Of a stretch of DNA of 64,000 nt, positions 36,983 to 47,067 are shown piece by piece (the first letter of the stretch is position 1; every line of letters begins with the position of its first letter). The stretch spans positions 8,875-72,874 of the forward strand of contig JADJRD010000006.1 of NCBI GenBank assembly GCA_016712405.1, given 5' to 3'. Origin of the DNA: Cellvibrio sp. (GTDB lineage Bacteria; Pseudomonadota; Gammaproteobacteria; Pseudomonadales; Cellvibrionaceae). The position numbers and the translations under genes were made by a program. Below the pieces are notes generated by a model that was given only the letters and a program-made list of their open reading frames with translations, did no database searches and had not been told where the DNA came from.

Positions 36983-38719
36983 ATGTTGGGGTTTGCACCC
37001 CAACCTACGCGAACAATCTATATTCTATTTATATTTTGTTTATTAATTCTTTCTACGCCAATTTTTGCTGCCAATCTCACCGCCAGCGTTGATCGTGACA
37101 ATTTGGGTTTATCTGAAACTCTTACCTTAACCCTACGTTATGACGAACAAACTAATACAGCACCGAGTTATTCGCTGTTGCAAAAAGATTTTGAAATCTT
37201 ACATACCCAAAGCGGCCGAAACATGTCGATTATTAATGGCCGCACCGAGTCTTATACGGAATGGAAGATTATTCTGGCTCCACGTAAAATCGGAAAATTA
37301 CTTATTCCCTCTTTCAGTATTAATGGTGATGTGAGTGATGCAATCGAAATTACCGTTGAAAAACAGTCCTCCCAATCCAAAGCTATGGGCGGCGAACCTG
37401 TTACAGTTGAAATAGAAACCGATAAAGATTCTGCATATGTTCAAGAACAAATTATTCTGACTATAAAATTAATTACTCGAGTTAGCTTATCCGGAGCACA
37501 GTTAGATCCTTTAACAATTGCCGATACTTTTATTACTGAATTGGATGAAAAAAATTACAAAACCACACTCAATAATAAACCTGCACTCATTGTTGAAAAA
37601 CGTTTTGCAATACATCCTTTAAAAGCAGGCTCTCTCACCATTCCTGCATTGCGCTATCAAGTACAAGTTGATGATGGTGATATGTTCAGTCGAATTTACG
37701 GCAACAATAATAATATTTTGCGTTTAATGACTGAAGAAAAAACATTGGAGATTAAAGCAGCACCCACGGATCAATCGAATTGGCTGCCGACTAACAATCT
37801 GCATATCAGTGAGCACTGGAGTGCTGGACTGGAGAATTTAAAAGTAGGTGAACCCATTAGTCGCACTATCACTATCACTGCGCAGGGCTTAACTGCCGCA
37901 CAAATCCCACCACTGCCTGCAATAAATCTGGAGGGTTTAACTTTTTATCAGGATCAAGCACAAACTGATGATCAAAAAAATCAAAAAGGCATTCAAGGTT
38001 CTCGTATCGAAACGACTGCTGTAATCCCTAATAAAACTGGAAGTTTCACCTTGCCTGAAATTACCATTAATTGGTGGAATACCCAGACGCAATCCTATGA
38101 AGTCGCCCGTTTGCCCGCTGTAACATTGAATGTCACCTCTGGCGGCAATCAACTCAGTAGCGATCAATTGAACAACAGTCAAACCGACGATTCAAACGAT
38201 TCTCTTGAAAATAATTTAACAACCTCAGCGCTTGAAACAACCTCATTAAATACCAGCACGCCACAAACTCCTTGGTGGATTTACGCCTTATTGGCTTTCA
38301 CCAGCCTGCTATCGATTATTGCCCTGCTCGCTTGGTGGAACTTACGTCAACGATTTAATACTTATGTGTTGCGAAAAACGCAGGATGAATCTGCTGCAAA
38401 TGAAACTGAATTCCAAGCTTGGAATCAAGTAAAGCAGTGTCTGCAAGAAGACAATTTAATCGCCTTACGCCATGCCGTTATCGACTGGGCAAAATTTTAT
38501 TGGAAAAACGAGAATGTCCAAAGTTTGCAAGATATTGCCAAACTCGCCAATTCCATAACACTACAAGAAATCTTATCCCAGTTTGATGCGAACCTATTCG
38601 GCTCTGGATCTCAAGTATTCGATAAACAAAAGCTAAAAGAATTGCTAAGCAATTTACGTCGCGGAAAGGTAAAACAAATTTCAACAGAAGATGAATTAAA
38701 GCCTTTGTATCATGACTAA
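36983..38719 (+). CDS. batD: BatD-family protein (start uncertain)
   Basis: Signal h-region, LTASVDR, AYVQEQII, WLPTNNLHISEHW, VGEPISRTITI, C-terminal TM helix. Confidence 0.85.
   Translation: MLGFAPQPTRTIYILFIFCLLILSTPIFAANLTASVDRDNLGLSETLTLTLRYDEQTNTAPSYSLLQKDFEILHTQSGRNMSIINGRTESYTEWKIILAPRKIGKLLIPSFSINGDVSDAIEITVEKQSSQSKAMGGEPVTVEIETDKDSAYVQEQIILTIKLITRVSLSGAQLDPLTIADTFITELDEKNYKTTLNNKPALIVEKRFAIHPLKAGSLTIPALRYQVQVDDGDMFSRIYGNNNNILRLMTEEKTLEIKAAPTDQSNWLPTNNLHISEHWSAGLENLKVGEPISRTITITAQGLTAAQIPPLPAINLEGLTFYQDQAQTDDQKNQKGIQGSRIETTAVIPNKTGSFTLPEITINWWNTQTQSYEVARLPAVTLNVTSGGNQLSSDQLNNSQTDDSNDSLENNLTTSALETTSLNTSTPQTPWWIYALLAFTSLLSIIALLAWWNLRQRFNTYVLRKTQDESAANETEFQAWNQVKQCLQEDNLIALRHAVIDWAKFYWKNENVQSLQDIAKLANSITLQEILSQFDANLFGSGSQVFDKQKLKELLSNLRRGKVKQISTEDELKPLYHD
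36985..37008 (-). repeat. single GTAG-family REP
   Basis: Reverse complement GTAGGTTGGGGTGCAAACCCCAAC. Confidence 0.7.
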
Positions 38720-38759
38720 AAGCAGTGAGACGACACACTCTAAGTCGTTCAAAAATAAA

Positions 38760-39187
38760 CTACAGAACACCTGATTGCTGAATCCACTGCTTTAATTGCT
38801 GCAGAGGTAAAGCACCAGAAATACGTTGAATTTCTTTGCCGCCCTTGAAGAGTATTAAAGTAGGAATACTTTGAATGCGCCAACTGTTACCAATGCTGGG
38901 CACTGCTTCCGTATTGAGTTTAGCAAAGCGTAACTGAGGTTCAAATAATTTAGTGGCTTGTTCAAATACCGGCGCAAATGATTGGCAGGGGCCACACCAA
39001 GGCGCCCAACAATCGACAATCACAGGGATATCATTTTTTTCCAAACAGGCAGCAACATTTCCGGGGTTCAATTCCAACGGCTTGCCAAAAAAATCGGTTT
39101 TTTGCATTTTCCACAGATGGGATTATCCGCTAATTTTTCTTTCTCAACTCTATTGGTTGTAAAACAATGGGGGCAGTTAATTTGCAT
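38760..39187 (-). CDS. trxC: thioredoxin 2 with Zn finger; one missing T at 39087-39093
   Basis: MQINCPHC...CGKC in one ORF and WAPWCGPC in the next; adding one T joins them. Confidence 0.85.
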
Positions 39188-39220
39188 AATTTTTTCTCTA
39201 AAATATAAATTCTTAATATT

Positions 39221-39367
39221 CCCCTCTCCCCTGCCCCTCTCCCACAAGGGGAGAGGGGATTTAGTTTTGTTCGAAAACCGATTTAAACTCATCTTTTTCA
39301 AACTCAACACATTTTTTGGCACTATCTGTTCCCTCTCCCCTTGTGGGAGAGGGTTAGGGAGAGGGGG
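39221..39367. repeat. palindromic element, CCCCTCTCCC subfamily, downstream of pepN
   Basis: CCCCTCTCCCCTGCCCCTCTCCCACAAGGGGAGAGGGG...CCCTCTCCCCTTGTGGGAGAGGGTTAGGGAGAGGGGG. Confidence 0.85.
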
Positions 39368-39371
39368 ACAG

Positions 39372-42065
39372 TCAAACCAAACTCTTACTCACCACCTCAT
39401 AAACATCTTTAGAAAGATTAGGCACTGCTAAAATGCGCTCCAATTCTTTTTTCATTAATGCTTGTCTGTCGCTAGTGTATTTTTTCCATTTGGTTAAAGG
39501 CGTTAATAATCGTGATGCGATTTGGGGATTCTGTGTGTTTAATTGAATAATATTATCCGCCAAAAATTGATAACCAGAGCCCCGATTCGCGTGAAAATTA
39601 ATCGCGTTATTGCAAAAACTGGCAATCAGCGCACGAATTTTATTGGGATTTTTTCCATCGTAGCCAGGATGATTCAACAATGACTTTACTCTATCCAATG
39701 TATTAGGTAACAGACAACCCGCCTGTAAACTCAACCACTGGTTCACCACCAAAGATTCATGTTGCCAACGCTGATAAAAATCTGCCAAGGCCGTTGTTGC
39801 AATTTTTTGTGCTGTAGGTGATTCCGAATTCACTAACTGTGATAAAGCAGCAATCACATCCGTCATATTATTTGCAGATTGATATTGTTGCTCGCAACTC
39901 TGAATAATTACATCTTCATTCAGTAGCATCAAATAACTCAATGCAACATTTTTTAAACTGCGCCTAGCAATGGCTTCAGCTGTTGCTGCATAAACTTGCT
40001 GATGATCGTAGCTGCTATAGATTGCTAAAAAATCATCACGCAATTCACGTGCAAGTGCTTTGCGCACCGCCATACGTCCGTAATGTATGGCCTCTACATC
40101 GACTTGATCCACCAATTCACTTACATAGGCCTCTGACGGCAAGGTCAGCATATAAGCAACCATTGCTTGATCCAAACTTTTATCAGCCAATATGCATCGA
40201 TAAGCGTCGAGCAAATTACCAGAAGGGGTAAATGTCAAAATATTACTTCGATATTGGTATTCAGTCACGCATGCCATGATCATAGACAATGATAATTGTT
40301 GGCTAGCTTCCCAACGATTAAATCCGTCGCTGTCGCGACTCATCAAATGAATTAAATCTTCACGGCTATAAGTAAAATGCAATTTTACTGGCTCAGAAAA
40401 ACTACGCAATAAACTAGGTACCGGTTTTTCTTGCACGCGCTCAAAAACAAAAACTTGTTCTGCTTGAGTTAATTCCAAGACTATATGTGTATTATCTTCA
40501 GTTTCAAAATTGGGTTCTGCATTTTTTAGATAAAGTGGTAAATCACCCGCAGCACCTAACAATCCCATCGCAACTGGAATATGGAATGGTAATTTATGTT
40601 GGCATTCAGGCGTGGGGGGGCAAGTTTGTTTTATTGTTAAAGAATATTCCTGTGTTTCTTCATCATAATGATCTGTCACATGTAAATGCGGTGTTCCTGC
40701 TTGCGAATACCAACGTTTAAATTGTGTGAGATCACGACCTGATGCATCCGCCAAGGCTGCAACAAAATCTTCTGTCGTTACCGCTTGACCATCATGTCGA
40801 TCAAAATATAAATCTGTACCTTTACGATAATGTTCTTTGCCCAGTAAATTCGCCAACATGCGAATCACTTCAGCACCTTTTTCGTAAATGGTCATGGTAT
40901 AAAAATTGGAAATTTCGATATAAGACTCAGGGCGAATCGGATGCGCCATAGGGCCCGCATCTTCTGCAAATTGCAAAGTGCGCAATAAAGTGACGTCTTC
41001 TACACGCTTGATGGTTCTTGAACCCATATCCGCAGAAAATTCAGAATCGCGATAAACCGTAAAGCCTTCTTTCAAACTTAATTGAAACCAATCGCGACAA
41101 GTCACACGATTACCGCTCCAATTGTGGAAATATTCGTGAGCCACAACCCCTTCTACACGCTGATAACCCACATCAGTTGTAGTTTCCGGTTTTGCCAATA
41201 CACAAGAAGTATTAAAAATATTCAGGCCTTTATTTTCCATGGCCCCCATATTGAAATCATCTACGGCAACAATCATAAAAATATTCAGATCATATTCGCG
41301 ACCATAGACTTCTTCATCCCATCGCATGGAATTTTTTAAAGAGGTCATGGCATGATCACATTTGTCCAGATCCTTAGGCTCAACAAATATTTTCAAGGTT
41401 ACATCACGACCAGAAGATGTCGTAAATTTATCTTCAATATGCGCCAAATCACCCGCAACCAAAGCAAATAAATAGGCTGGCTTTTTGAAGGGATCATGCC
41501 AGGTTGCGAAATGGCGATTATTTTCCAGCTCACCCTGATCAATTAAATTACCGTTGGATAAAAGCACAGGGTATTTTTTATCCGCCACTATAGTCGTAGT
41601 AAACTCACTCATCACATCCGGTCGATCAAGATAATAGGTAATCTTGCGAAAACCTTCGGCTTCGCATTGCGTGCAATACATAGTGCGTGAGCGATACAAA
41701 CCTTCAAGTGAAGTATTGGATTCGGGTTTCATTTTGGTAATCGCGATTAATTTGAATTCTTCCGGTGTATTTAAGATAGTTAAACTTTCTTCACCAAAAA
41801 TATAATCATCTGCATTCAGAATATTGTCATCCAAGGCAATTGAAACCAATTCCAAATCAGCGCCATGCAGGGTTAATTGATTAGACCTCTTTGTCGCAGC
41901 CGGATTGCGATAACAATGTAACATTGCACTCACCAAAGTTTCACCTTCGGTAATTTCAAAACGAAGATCAGTGGTTTTAATTAAATAATCCGGCACCTGA
42001 TAATCCTTCAGGTAAATGGTCTTCGGCTGATCTTTCGCGGGCAAGTTTTGCTCTACTGCTGTCAT
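39372..42065 (-). CDS. pepN: aminopeptidase N, proteobacterial type
   Basis: GAMENKGLNIFN, HEYFH...LKEG, YEKGAEV; start reassigned to ATG 42065. Confidence 0.95.
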   Translation of the reverse strand: MTAVEQNLPAKDQPKTIYLKDYQVPDYLIKTTDLRFEITEGETLVSAMLHCYRNPAATKRSNQLTLHGADLELVSIALDDNILNADDYIFGEESLTILNTPEEFKLIAITKMKPESNTSLEGLYRSRTMYCTQCEAEGFRKITYYLDRPDVMSEFTTTIVADKKYPVLLSNGNLIDQGELENNRHFATWHDPFKKPAYLFALVAGDLAHIEDKFTTSSGRDVTLKIFVEPKDLDKCDHAMTSLKNSMRWDEEVYGREYDLNIFMIVAVDDFNMGAMENKGLNIFNTSCVLAKPETTTDVGYQRVEGVVAHEYFHNWSGNRVTCRDWFQLSLKEGFTVYRDSEFSADMGSRTIKRVEDVTLLRTLQFAEDAGPMAHPIRPESYIEISNFYTMTIYEKGAEVIRMLANLLGKEHYRKGTDLYFDRHDGQAVTTEDFVAALADASGRDLTQFKRWYSQAGTPHLHVTDHYDEETQEYSLTIKQTCPPTPECQHKLPFHIPVAMGLLGAAGDLPLYLKNAEPNFETEDNTHIVLELTQAEQVFVFERVQEKPVPSLLRSFSEPVKLHFTYSREDLIHLMSRDSDGFNRWEASQQLSLSMIMACVTEYQYRSNILTFTPSGNLLDAYRCILADKSLDQAMVAYMLTLPSEAYVSELVDQVDVEAIHYGRMAVRKALARELRDDFLAIYSSYDHQQVYAATAEAIARRSLKNVALSYLMLLNEDVIIQSCEQQYQSANNMTDVIAALSQLVNSESPTAQKIATTALADFYQRWQHESLVVNQWLSLQAGCLLPNTLDRVKSLLNHPGYDGKNPNKIRALIASFCNNAINFHANRGSGYQFLADNIIQLNTQNPQIASRLLTPLTKWKKYTSDRQALMKKELERILAVPNLSKDVYEVVSKSLV

Positions 42066-42099
42066 ATTTGATCCTGAAAAAATTTTACAAATTTTCTTA

Positions 42100-42251
42100 C
42101 CCCCTCTCCCCTGCCCCTCTCCCACAAGGGGAGAGGGGATGTGCTTTTGTTCGAATCGCTACTTAATCTCACAATTTTCGAACTTATTTTTCTTTCCTTC
42201 ATATCTACAATCTGCTCCCTCTCCCTTGATGGGAGAGGGCTGGGGAGAGGG
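42100..42251. repeat. palindromic element, CCCCTCTCCC subfamily, upstream of pepN
   Basis: Left arm identical to the 39221 copy, spacer similar. Confidence 0.85.
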
Positions 42252-42259
42252 TGTTTAAT

Positions 42260-42523
42260 TCACATCCACTTAATCGGCTTCTCGCTCTGCACTTGATCAT
42301 GATCGTCGCCGCAAAAAGGTTGCGGCTTAGGTGGGATGTACCCAGTATGTTGTTCAGGCGGTAAATGTTGGTGTTCGTAAGCAATCATGGCCTGCATACA
42401 AAGATCTCGTTGCTCTGGTGACAAACGATTTCCATCGGCCCATTTACCAAGCTCAACTGCACGCTTTAAATTTTGATAAATTTCTGGTGTTAAACTTGTT
42501 AATAATTCTTGTAAATTTTTCAT
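42260..42523 (-). CDS. YeaC/DUF1315 family protein
   Basis: LTPEIYQNLKRAVELGKWADG...CMQAMIAYE. Confidence 0.85.
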   Translation of the reverse strand: MKNLQELLTSLTPEIYQNLKRAVELGKWADGNRLSPEQRDLCMQAMIAYEHQHLPPEQHTGYIPPKPQPFCGDDHDQVQSEKPIKWM

Positions 42524-42525
42524 GG

Positions 42526-43425
42526 TTATTGATCCAGTAAATGCCCACCCCAACCCAATTTTGAACGACAACGTTCAAAGAAATTGTAATCTTCAGGGTG
42601 TAATAATTCTAACAATTGGGGTTTTTTATTAATCACAATCGCATCACCTGTTTGCACCTCAGCGTGAGTAGCTCCATCGCAGGTAACCATAGGCAATGCG
42701 CGCGAATGCTCACCCACCACAATACAAATTTCTGATCCGCTCGGCACTACCATCGGACGACTACTCAGCGTATGAGGGTTCATTGGCACTAATGCGATAG
42801 CATCGAGTTTGGGATACAAAATAGGACCACCGCCACTCAATGAATAAGCTGTCGACCCTGTTGGTGTTGATACAATCACGCCGTCCGCACGCTGACTAGT
42901 AACAAAATGTCCATCAACATAAATTTCAAACTGCAACATGTGAACAAACTTACCTGGATGCAACACTACATCATTCATCGCCGAGGCAGTAGCAATCACA
43001 TCCTGATCGCGCTTGACTTGCATATCCAATAAAAATCGTGATTCAGAAATATATTTTCCGTTTAAAATATCATCGACTTTATTTTCTATTTGATCAGGCA
43101 ATATATCCGTTAAAAACCCCAAGCGCCCACGATTCACACCTAACAAAGGAACTTGGTATTGCGCCAATGCTCGCCCTGCTCGCAGGAGACTTCCATCCCC
43201 CCCAACAACAACAACCAAATCACACATTTGTCCTAAAGAATCCATTTCCGCAATTTGCTCAGCTGCCTGCAACAACGCTTTATCGGCAATTAACTCTGCG
43301 GTACTGGCTTCCAGCACAAATTGTTTTTGACGCTTTTGTAAAAATCGGATCAAGCGTTCGATTGAATAAACCGCACGCTCGTTATTGAGATGGCCGATCA
43401 GGCCCAAGGTAGAGAAATGAGTCAT
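42526..43425 (-). CDS. nadK: NAD+ kinase
   Basis: GGDGSLL, GRLGFL, NDVV, STPTGSTAYSLSGGG. Confidence 0.95.
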   Translation of the reverse strand: MTHFSTLGLIGHLNNERAVYSIERLIRFLQKRQKQFVLEASTAELIADKALLQAAEQIAEMDSLGQMCDLVVVVGGDGSLLRAGRALAQYQVPLLGVNRGRLGFLTDILPDQIENKVDDILNGKYISESRFLLDMQVKRDQDVIATASAMNDVVLHPGKFVHMLQFEIYVDGHFVTSQRADGVIVSTPTGSTAYSLSGGGPILYPKLDAIALVPMNPHTLSSRPMVVPSGSEICIVVGEHSRALPMVTCDGATHAEVQTGDAIVINKKPQLLELLHPEDYNFFERCRSKLGWGGHLLDQ

Positions 43426-43477
43426 TAATAAGGCTCACCCTAAAGTAATTCGGGTGACGATATTAACAACTGGGATA

Positions 43478-44614
43478 CTAACTGCCTACTACTGCTTTTC
43501 CATCTCGCAATAAATAGTTACTGTTTTCTTCCCATTTTTTTGCATAGGCAGGATCATTAAACAACAAATCGCTCTGGTGCAATACCAGAGTACGATAGCC
43601 CTGCTGCGCCAACAAATGCGCCGCAGCCCGACTGCGGCGACCGGTATCACAGTAGAAAATGTATTGTGTAGAACGATTCAACAATCGGGATTTAATCGCC
43701 AGTAAATTCAAAGGAATGTTGACCGCAGATGGTAAATGACGCTGGCTATATTCCTCTTCCGTTCGAACATCGACGCAAACACAGCCTTCTTTTACCTTTT
43801 GATCAAAATCTTGTAAAGGAAGACTGGCAACTACAGGCTCCTTTAAAAGGCGATAAAAATCTTGTTTATCCAGCGACATTAACACACCATCGGTTCGCAT
43901 AATGATGCTGGCATTTCGGGGCGCATCATTTACCAGTGCATCTTCACCAAAACAACGCCCGACACCTATCCGCGCTAACAGAGTATTTTTTCCGTCTTCA
44001 AATTGTGACACTTCCGCTTCGCCTTCTTTTATAAAATAACAGCGATCACCAATTTCACCTTGACGGATGATGACGTCTCCTCGATAAACCAACTGTGTTG
44101 TTAATCGAGAAAATATATCTTCAACATTGGTAGGAGGAACTTTAAAAAATAAATTGGATTTTAAAACGGTCATCATCCAGTCTGCGTCTTCATCCAAATC
44201 ACGTTCACGCGAAATATTCAATTGCAAATAATCCGCGACATTACTCCAAGTCAACATTTTATCTAACTTGTCACTGCTAATACGCAACAAACTTGAATCA
44301 GATTCAGCAATCAATGTGTAAGGGCAAGGATCGGATTGAATGATAGGCAACAAACTGCTGCGACCTTTAATTTGTTGGCGAGACTGATCAGGCATTAACA
44401 TGGATAAGGTGCCATGTAATAGATAAATATGTTCACCAATATAGGAACCAGCGGTAAATACCACTTGTCCCGCACATACGAATTCAGTGCGTGCAGTTTC
44501 CAATAACGCGAGCAAATGACTCTCACTCATATCCTTTAATGGAACCAGACTCTTTGTGAGCGCCAAATCGAAATCAATTACGCTCGACGATGGATGCTTA
44601 TTAGCCATATTCAA
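43478..44614 (-). CDS. tandem cyclic-nucleotide-binding domains + rhodanese
   Basis: Second CNB FGEDALVNDAPRNAS; rhodanese VDVRTEEEYSQRHLPSA and loop FYCDTGRRS. Confidence 0.85.
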   Translation of the reverse strand: MNMANKHPSSSVIDFDLALTKSLVPLKDMSESHLLALLETARTEFVCAGQVVFTAGSYIGEHIYLLHGTLSMLMPDQSRQQIKGRSSLLPIIQSDPCPYTLIAESDSSLLRISSDKLDKMLTWSNVADYLQLNISRERDLDEDADWMMTVLKSNLFFKVPPTNVEDIFSRLTTQLVYRGDVIIRQGEIGDRCYFIKEGEAEVSQFEDGKNTLLARIGVGRCFGEDALVNDAPRNASIIMRTDGVLMSLDKQDFYRLLKEPVVASLPLQDFDQKVKEGCVCVDVRTEEEYSQRHLPSAVNIPLNLLAIKSRLLNRSTQYIFYCDTGRRSRAAAHLLAQQGYRTLVLHQSDLLFNDPAYAKKWEENSNYLLRDGKAVVGS

Positions 44615-44665
44615 TCCCTCATATTTACTTCTATAAAAATATAACCTTAACGAGCCACTTAACTG

Positions 44666-45610
44666 CTATTTGAAACCTCGTCGCCCTTGCAATCCACCCG
44701 AATGAATAACGACGATTCTCGATCCCCTTTTCCAAAATCCCTGCTGAACCAAATAAAAAACGCCCCAAAACATTTTTAAAGTGTATACAGGATCCAACAA
44801 AATGCCTGTTTTCCATTCAAATTCTTGCCAAAATCGTTCTACAAAATCAGGCAACCTCTTGGCGTAACCTCCCGCATGGAAGCCGGTTATCAGGCGCCAA
44901 TTTTCCGGCAACACCTGTTGGCTCAGTGAATGAGATTCTGCTTTTAATGCTTGACATAAACGGCGAACATTTTGAGCCAAATCCCCTTCACCTTTTAACG
45001 CCGAAAAGCCGTAAACCGATTGATTCTCTTTAACACCAACCGCAACACCTGCCAAACTCGTGCCAGTTCCGCATGCCACACAAACTGACGTAAAATCATC
45101 ATTCAGCTGTTTTGATAAAACCTCTCCCGCAATTTGCATTCCTTTCGCTCCTTCAATATTTGCACCACCTTCAGGTATCACAAAAGCATCAAACTCATTC
45201 GCCAACCAAGCTTGAAATTCAGGGTTATTTCGCTGGCCGTAATCCTCTCGGGACAAATACTGAAGTTGCATTCCCCAAGCAACCGCATCAGTCAAACAAG
45301 GATTTAAGGGAAGACTCTCCTCCCCCCTTATCAACCCTATGGTTTCAAACTCAAATCGTTTTCCTGCGGCTGCACTCGCATGAATATGATTAGAATAGGC
45401 ACCACCGAAAGTTAAAATTCGTCGAAATCCTTTACATCGCGCAGCTTCCAAATTAAACCACAATTTATAAAATTTATTGCCGCTCAATTCACTATCAAAC
45501 AAGTCATCACGACGAACAATAACCTCAACTCCTGCTTTTTGAAAAACAGGAAAATCCAAGGTTTGCAATGGAACCAATTGGGCTTTTTGAGAAAATTCCG
45601 AGAGATTCAC
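44666..45610 (-). CDS. PLP-dependent ACC deaminase / D-cysteine desulfhydrase family protein
   Basis: SGNKFYKL, TFGGAYSNH, PEGG, CGTGTS, LDPVYT, HSGGLQG. Confidence 0.85.
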   Translation of the reverse strand: MNLSEFSQKAQLVPLQTLDFPVFQKAGVEVIVRRDDLFDSELSGNKFYKLWFNLEAARCKGFRRILTFGGAYSNHIHASAAAGKRFEFETIGLIRGEESLPLNPCLTDAVAWGMQLQYLSREDYGQRNNPEFQAWLANEFDAFVIPEGGANIEGAKGMQIAGEVLSKQLNDDFTSVCVACGTGTSLAGVAVGVKENQSVYGFSALKGEGDLAQNVRRLCQALKAESHSLSQQVLPENWRLITGFHAGGYAKRLPDFVERFWQEFEWKTGILLDPVYTLKMFWGVFYLVQQGFWKRGSRIVVIHSGGLQGRRGFK

Positions 45611-45645
45611 AAGGGCTCGCTTTAGAGACTGACATCCAAAGGTAG

Positions 45646-47067
45646 TTACTGCTTTTCAACCAACCTTAAGTAACTTAAAGCTTGATGTTGTTCACAACAA
45701 TCATTTTCGCCGGGATGAAATTGCAGTGGGGATTCAATTCGCGATAAAGGCTTACCGCAAAGCTGACCGGTATTATCACGTGCACGACAAACAGGTAAAT
45801 GATAATGCTCCAGCCAAGATTGATATAAAGATTCATGCACACCACATTTCTCCGCGGCATAAGCCTGAGGATTATCGAGATACCGACCTATATCATCTTC
45901 CATGATACGAATCTCTCCCGCTCCGGGATGAAAACTAACAAAGGCAATTCCGGCTTTGCTTAAACGATGCAGCAAGTGATTACCTCCCTGACTAATCAGG
46001 GTTTGATTTTCTTGTTTTAGATTAACAATTTCTTCGTTCAATGTACTTTCATTTTGATGGCGATAAAATAATTCTACCTCGCGCATTTCCAACATCTCAC
46101 GCAACTCAGCCGTAGCGGCTTGAATTTTCACTTCCAATTCAAGTGTAAAATTTTCTTGCAGTGCTTGAATTTCTGAGCTCTCATCTTGAGCAGCTTTTAA
46201 TTTGTGTGAGAAATATTCACGCATGCCTTCCACTTTATTGGCCTGCACATCCAAATTCTCTTTTAATAAACGATTACGATCCTCCAACTCCTGTTGTTGC
46301 ACTTCCAATTGTTGAATTTTCTGTTGATAAGCCTGTAAACGCTTTTGATGAGTTGACTGTAACTCTCCAACCTGTTCTTTAAATTTGTTATTGGTTGTCG
46401 CCAATAGTAATTCATGCTCCTTCACTAATTTCGCAATTCGCGACTCCCATTCTTTTTTTAAATTCACTTCGCGTTTGTAAGCAGATTCTTTTAAATTCGC
46501 GATAGTCTGTTTTATTGAAGGCGTATCAAGTTGGGGAGGGTTTTCAACACTGGCTCTTTCGCTCAGAACAGGAACATTCGCATAAGCCCCTGAGAGCACT
46601 GATGGCTCTGTTTGTTTTATCGCTTTTCGAGTCAAACCAATACGATTGGTTTTCACGGCATGACGAAGCAATTGAAAACTATTGGCTTCGCCATCCATTA
46701 CAGGATCCCATAAATTCTTTTGCTGCCAAGGAATGGGGCATTGACTGTAACAAACAAGACCTATGGATCCCGCCCCCAAATCCGGTCCACGACCAGCACT
46801 TTCCAGTAATTGTTCCAATGGAACGTTCCAGCGACGATCTGCCATGCCTTTAGTATCAAAACCCAGAAGAAAAAAAACTGCACCAGAAATATTAAGATCA
46901 GCACCTACCCGCAGGTAAACGGCTTTGGCAGAGGTATTGGCCGCATCAGGAAAAGGAATAAAGCCGTCGAGAATGGCCTCAAACTCGGGGTATAACAATT
47001 CCCTGATTATTTGACTTCCACTGAAAAAAAACACCGCATCCGTATGCTCAGAGGCAAAATTTGACAT
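45646..47067 (-). CDS. hypothetical protein: globular N-domain, long coiled coil, C-terminal Cys/His cluster
   Basis: 473-aa ORF; heptad-rich E/K/Q central region; C-x9-C-x19-CC-x2-H near the C-terminus. Confidence 0.75.
   Translation of the reverse strand: MSNFASEHTDAVFFFSGSQIIRELLYPEFEAILDGFIPFPDAANTSAKAVYLRVGADLNISGAVFFLLGFDTKGMADRRWNVPLEQLLESAGRGPDLGAGSIGLVCYSQCPIPWQQKNLWDPVMDGEANSFQLLRHAVKTNRIGLTRKAIKQTEPSVLSGAYANVPVLSERASVENPPQLDTPSIKQTIANLKESAYKREVNLKKEWESRIAKLVKEHELLLATTNNKFKEQVGELQSTHQKRLQAYQQKIQQLEVQQQELEDRNRLLKENLDVQANKVEGMREYFSHKLKAAQDESSEIQALQENFTLELEVKIQAATAELREMLEMREVELFYRHQNESTLNEEIVNLKQENQTLISQGGNHLLHRLSKAGIAFVSFHPGAGEIRIMEDDIGRYLDNPQAYAAEKCGVHESLYQSWLEHYHLPVCRARDNTGQLCGKPLSRIESPLQFHPGENDCCEQHQALSYLRLVEKQ

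Noticed and set aside
34985-39095. Programmed frameshifting or transcriptional slippage at A/T runs in the BatB-type gene and trxC
   Set aside because: The same one-base deficit also occurs twice in sdhA and in non-slippery contexts, so assembly error is simpler
42066-42125. N-terminal extensions in the ORF track (pepN MGEGQGRGG; likewise regB, batD, trxC, DUF2271)
   Set aside because: They arise from reading through repeats or upstream DNA; better starts exist downstream
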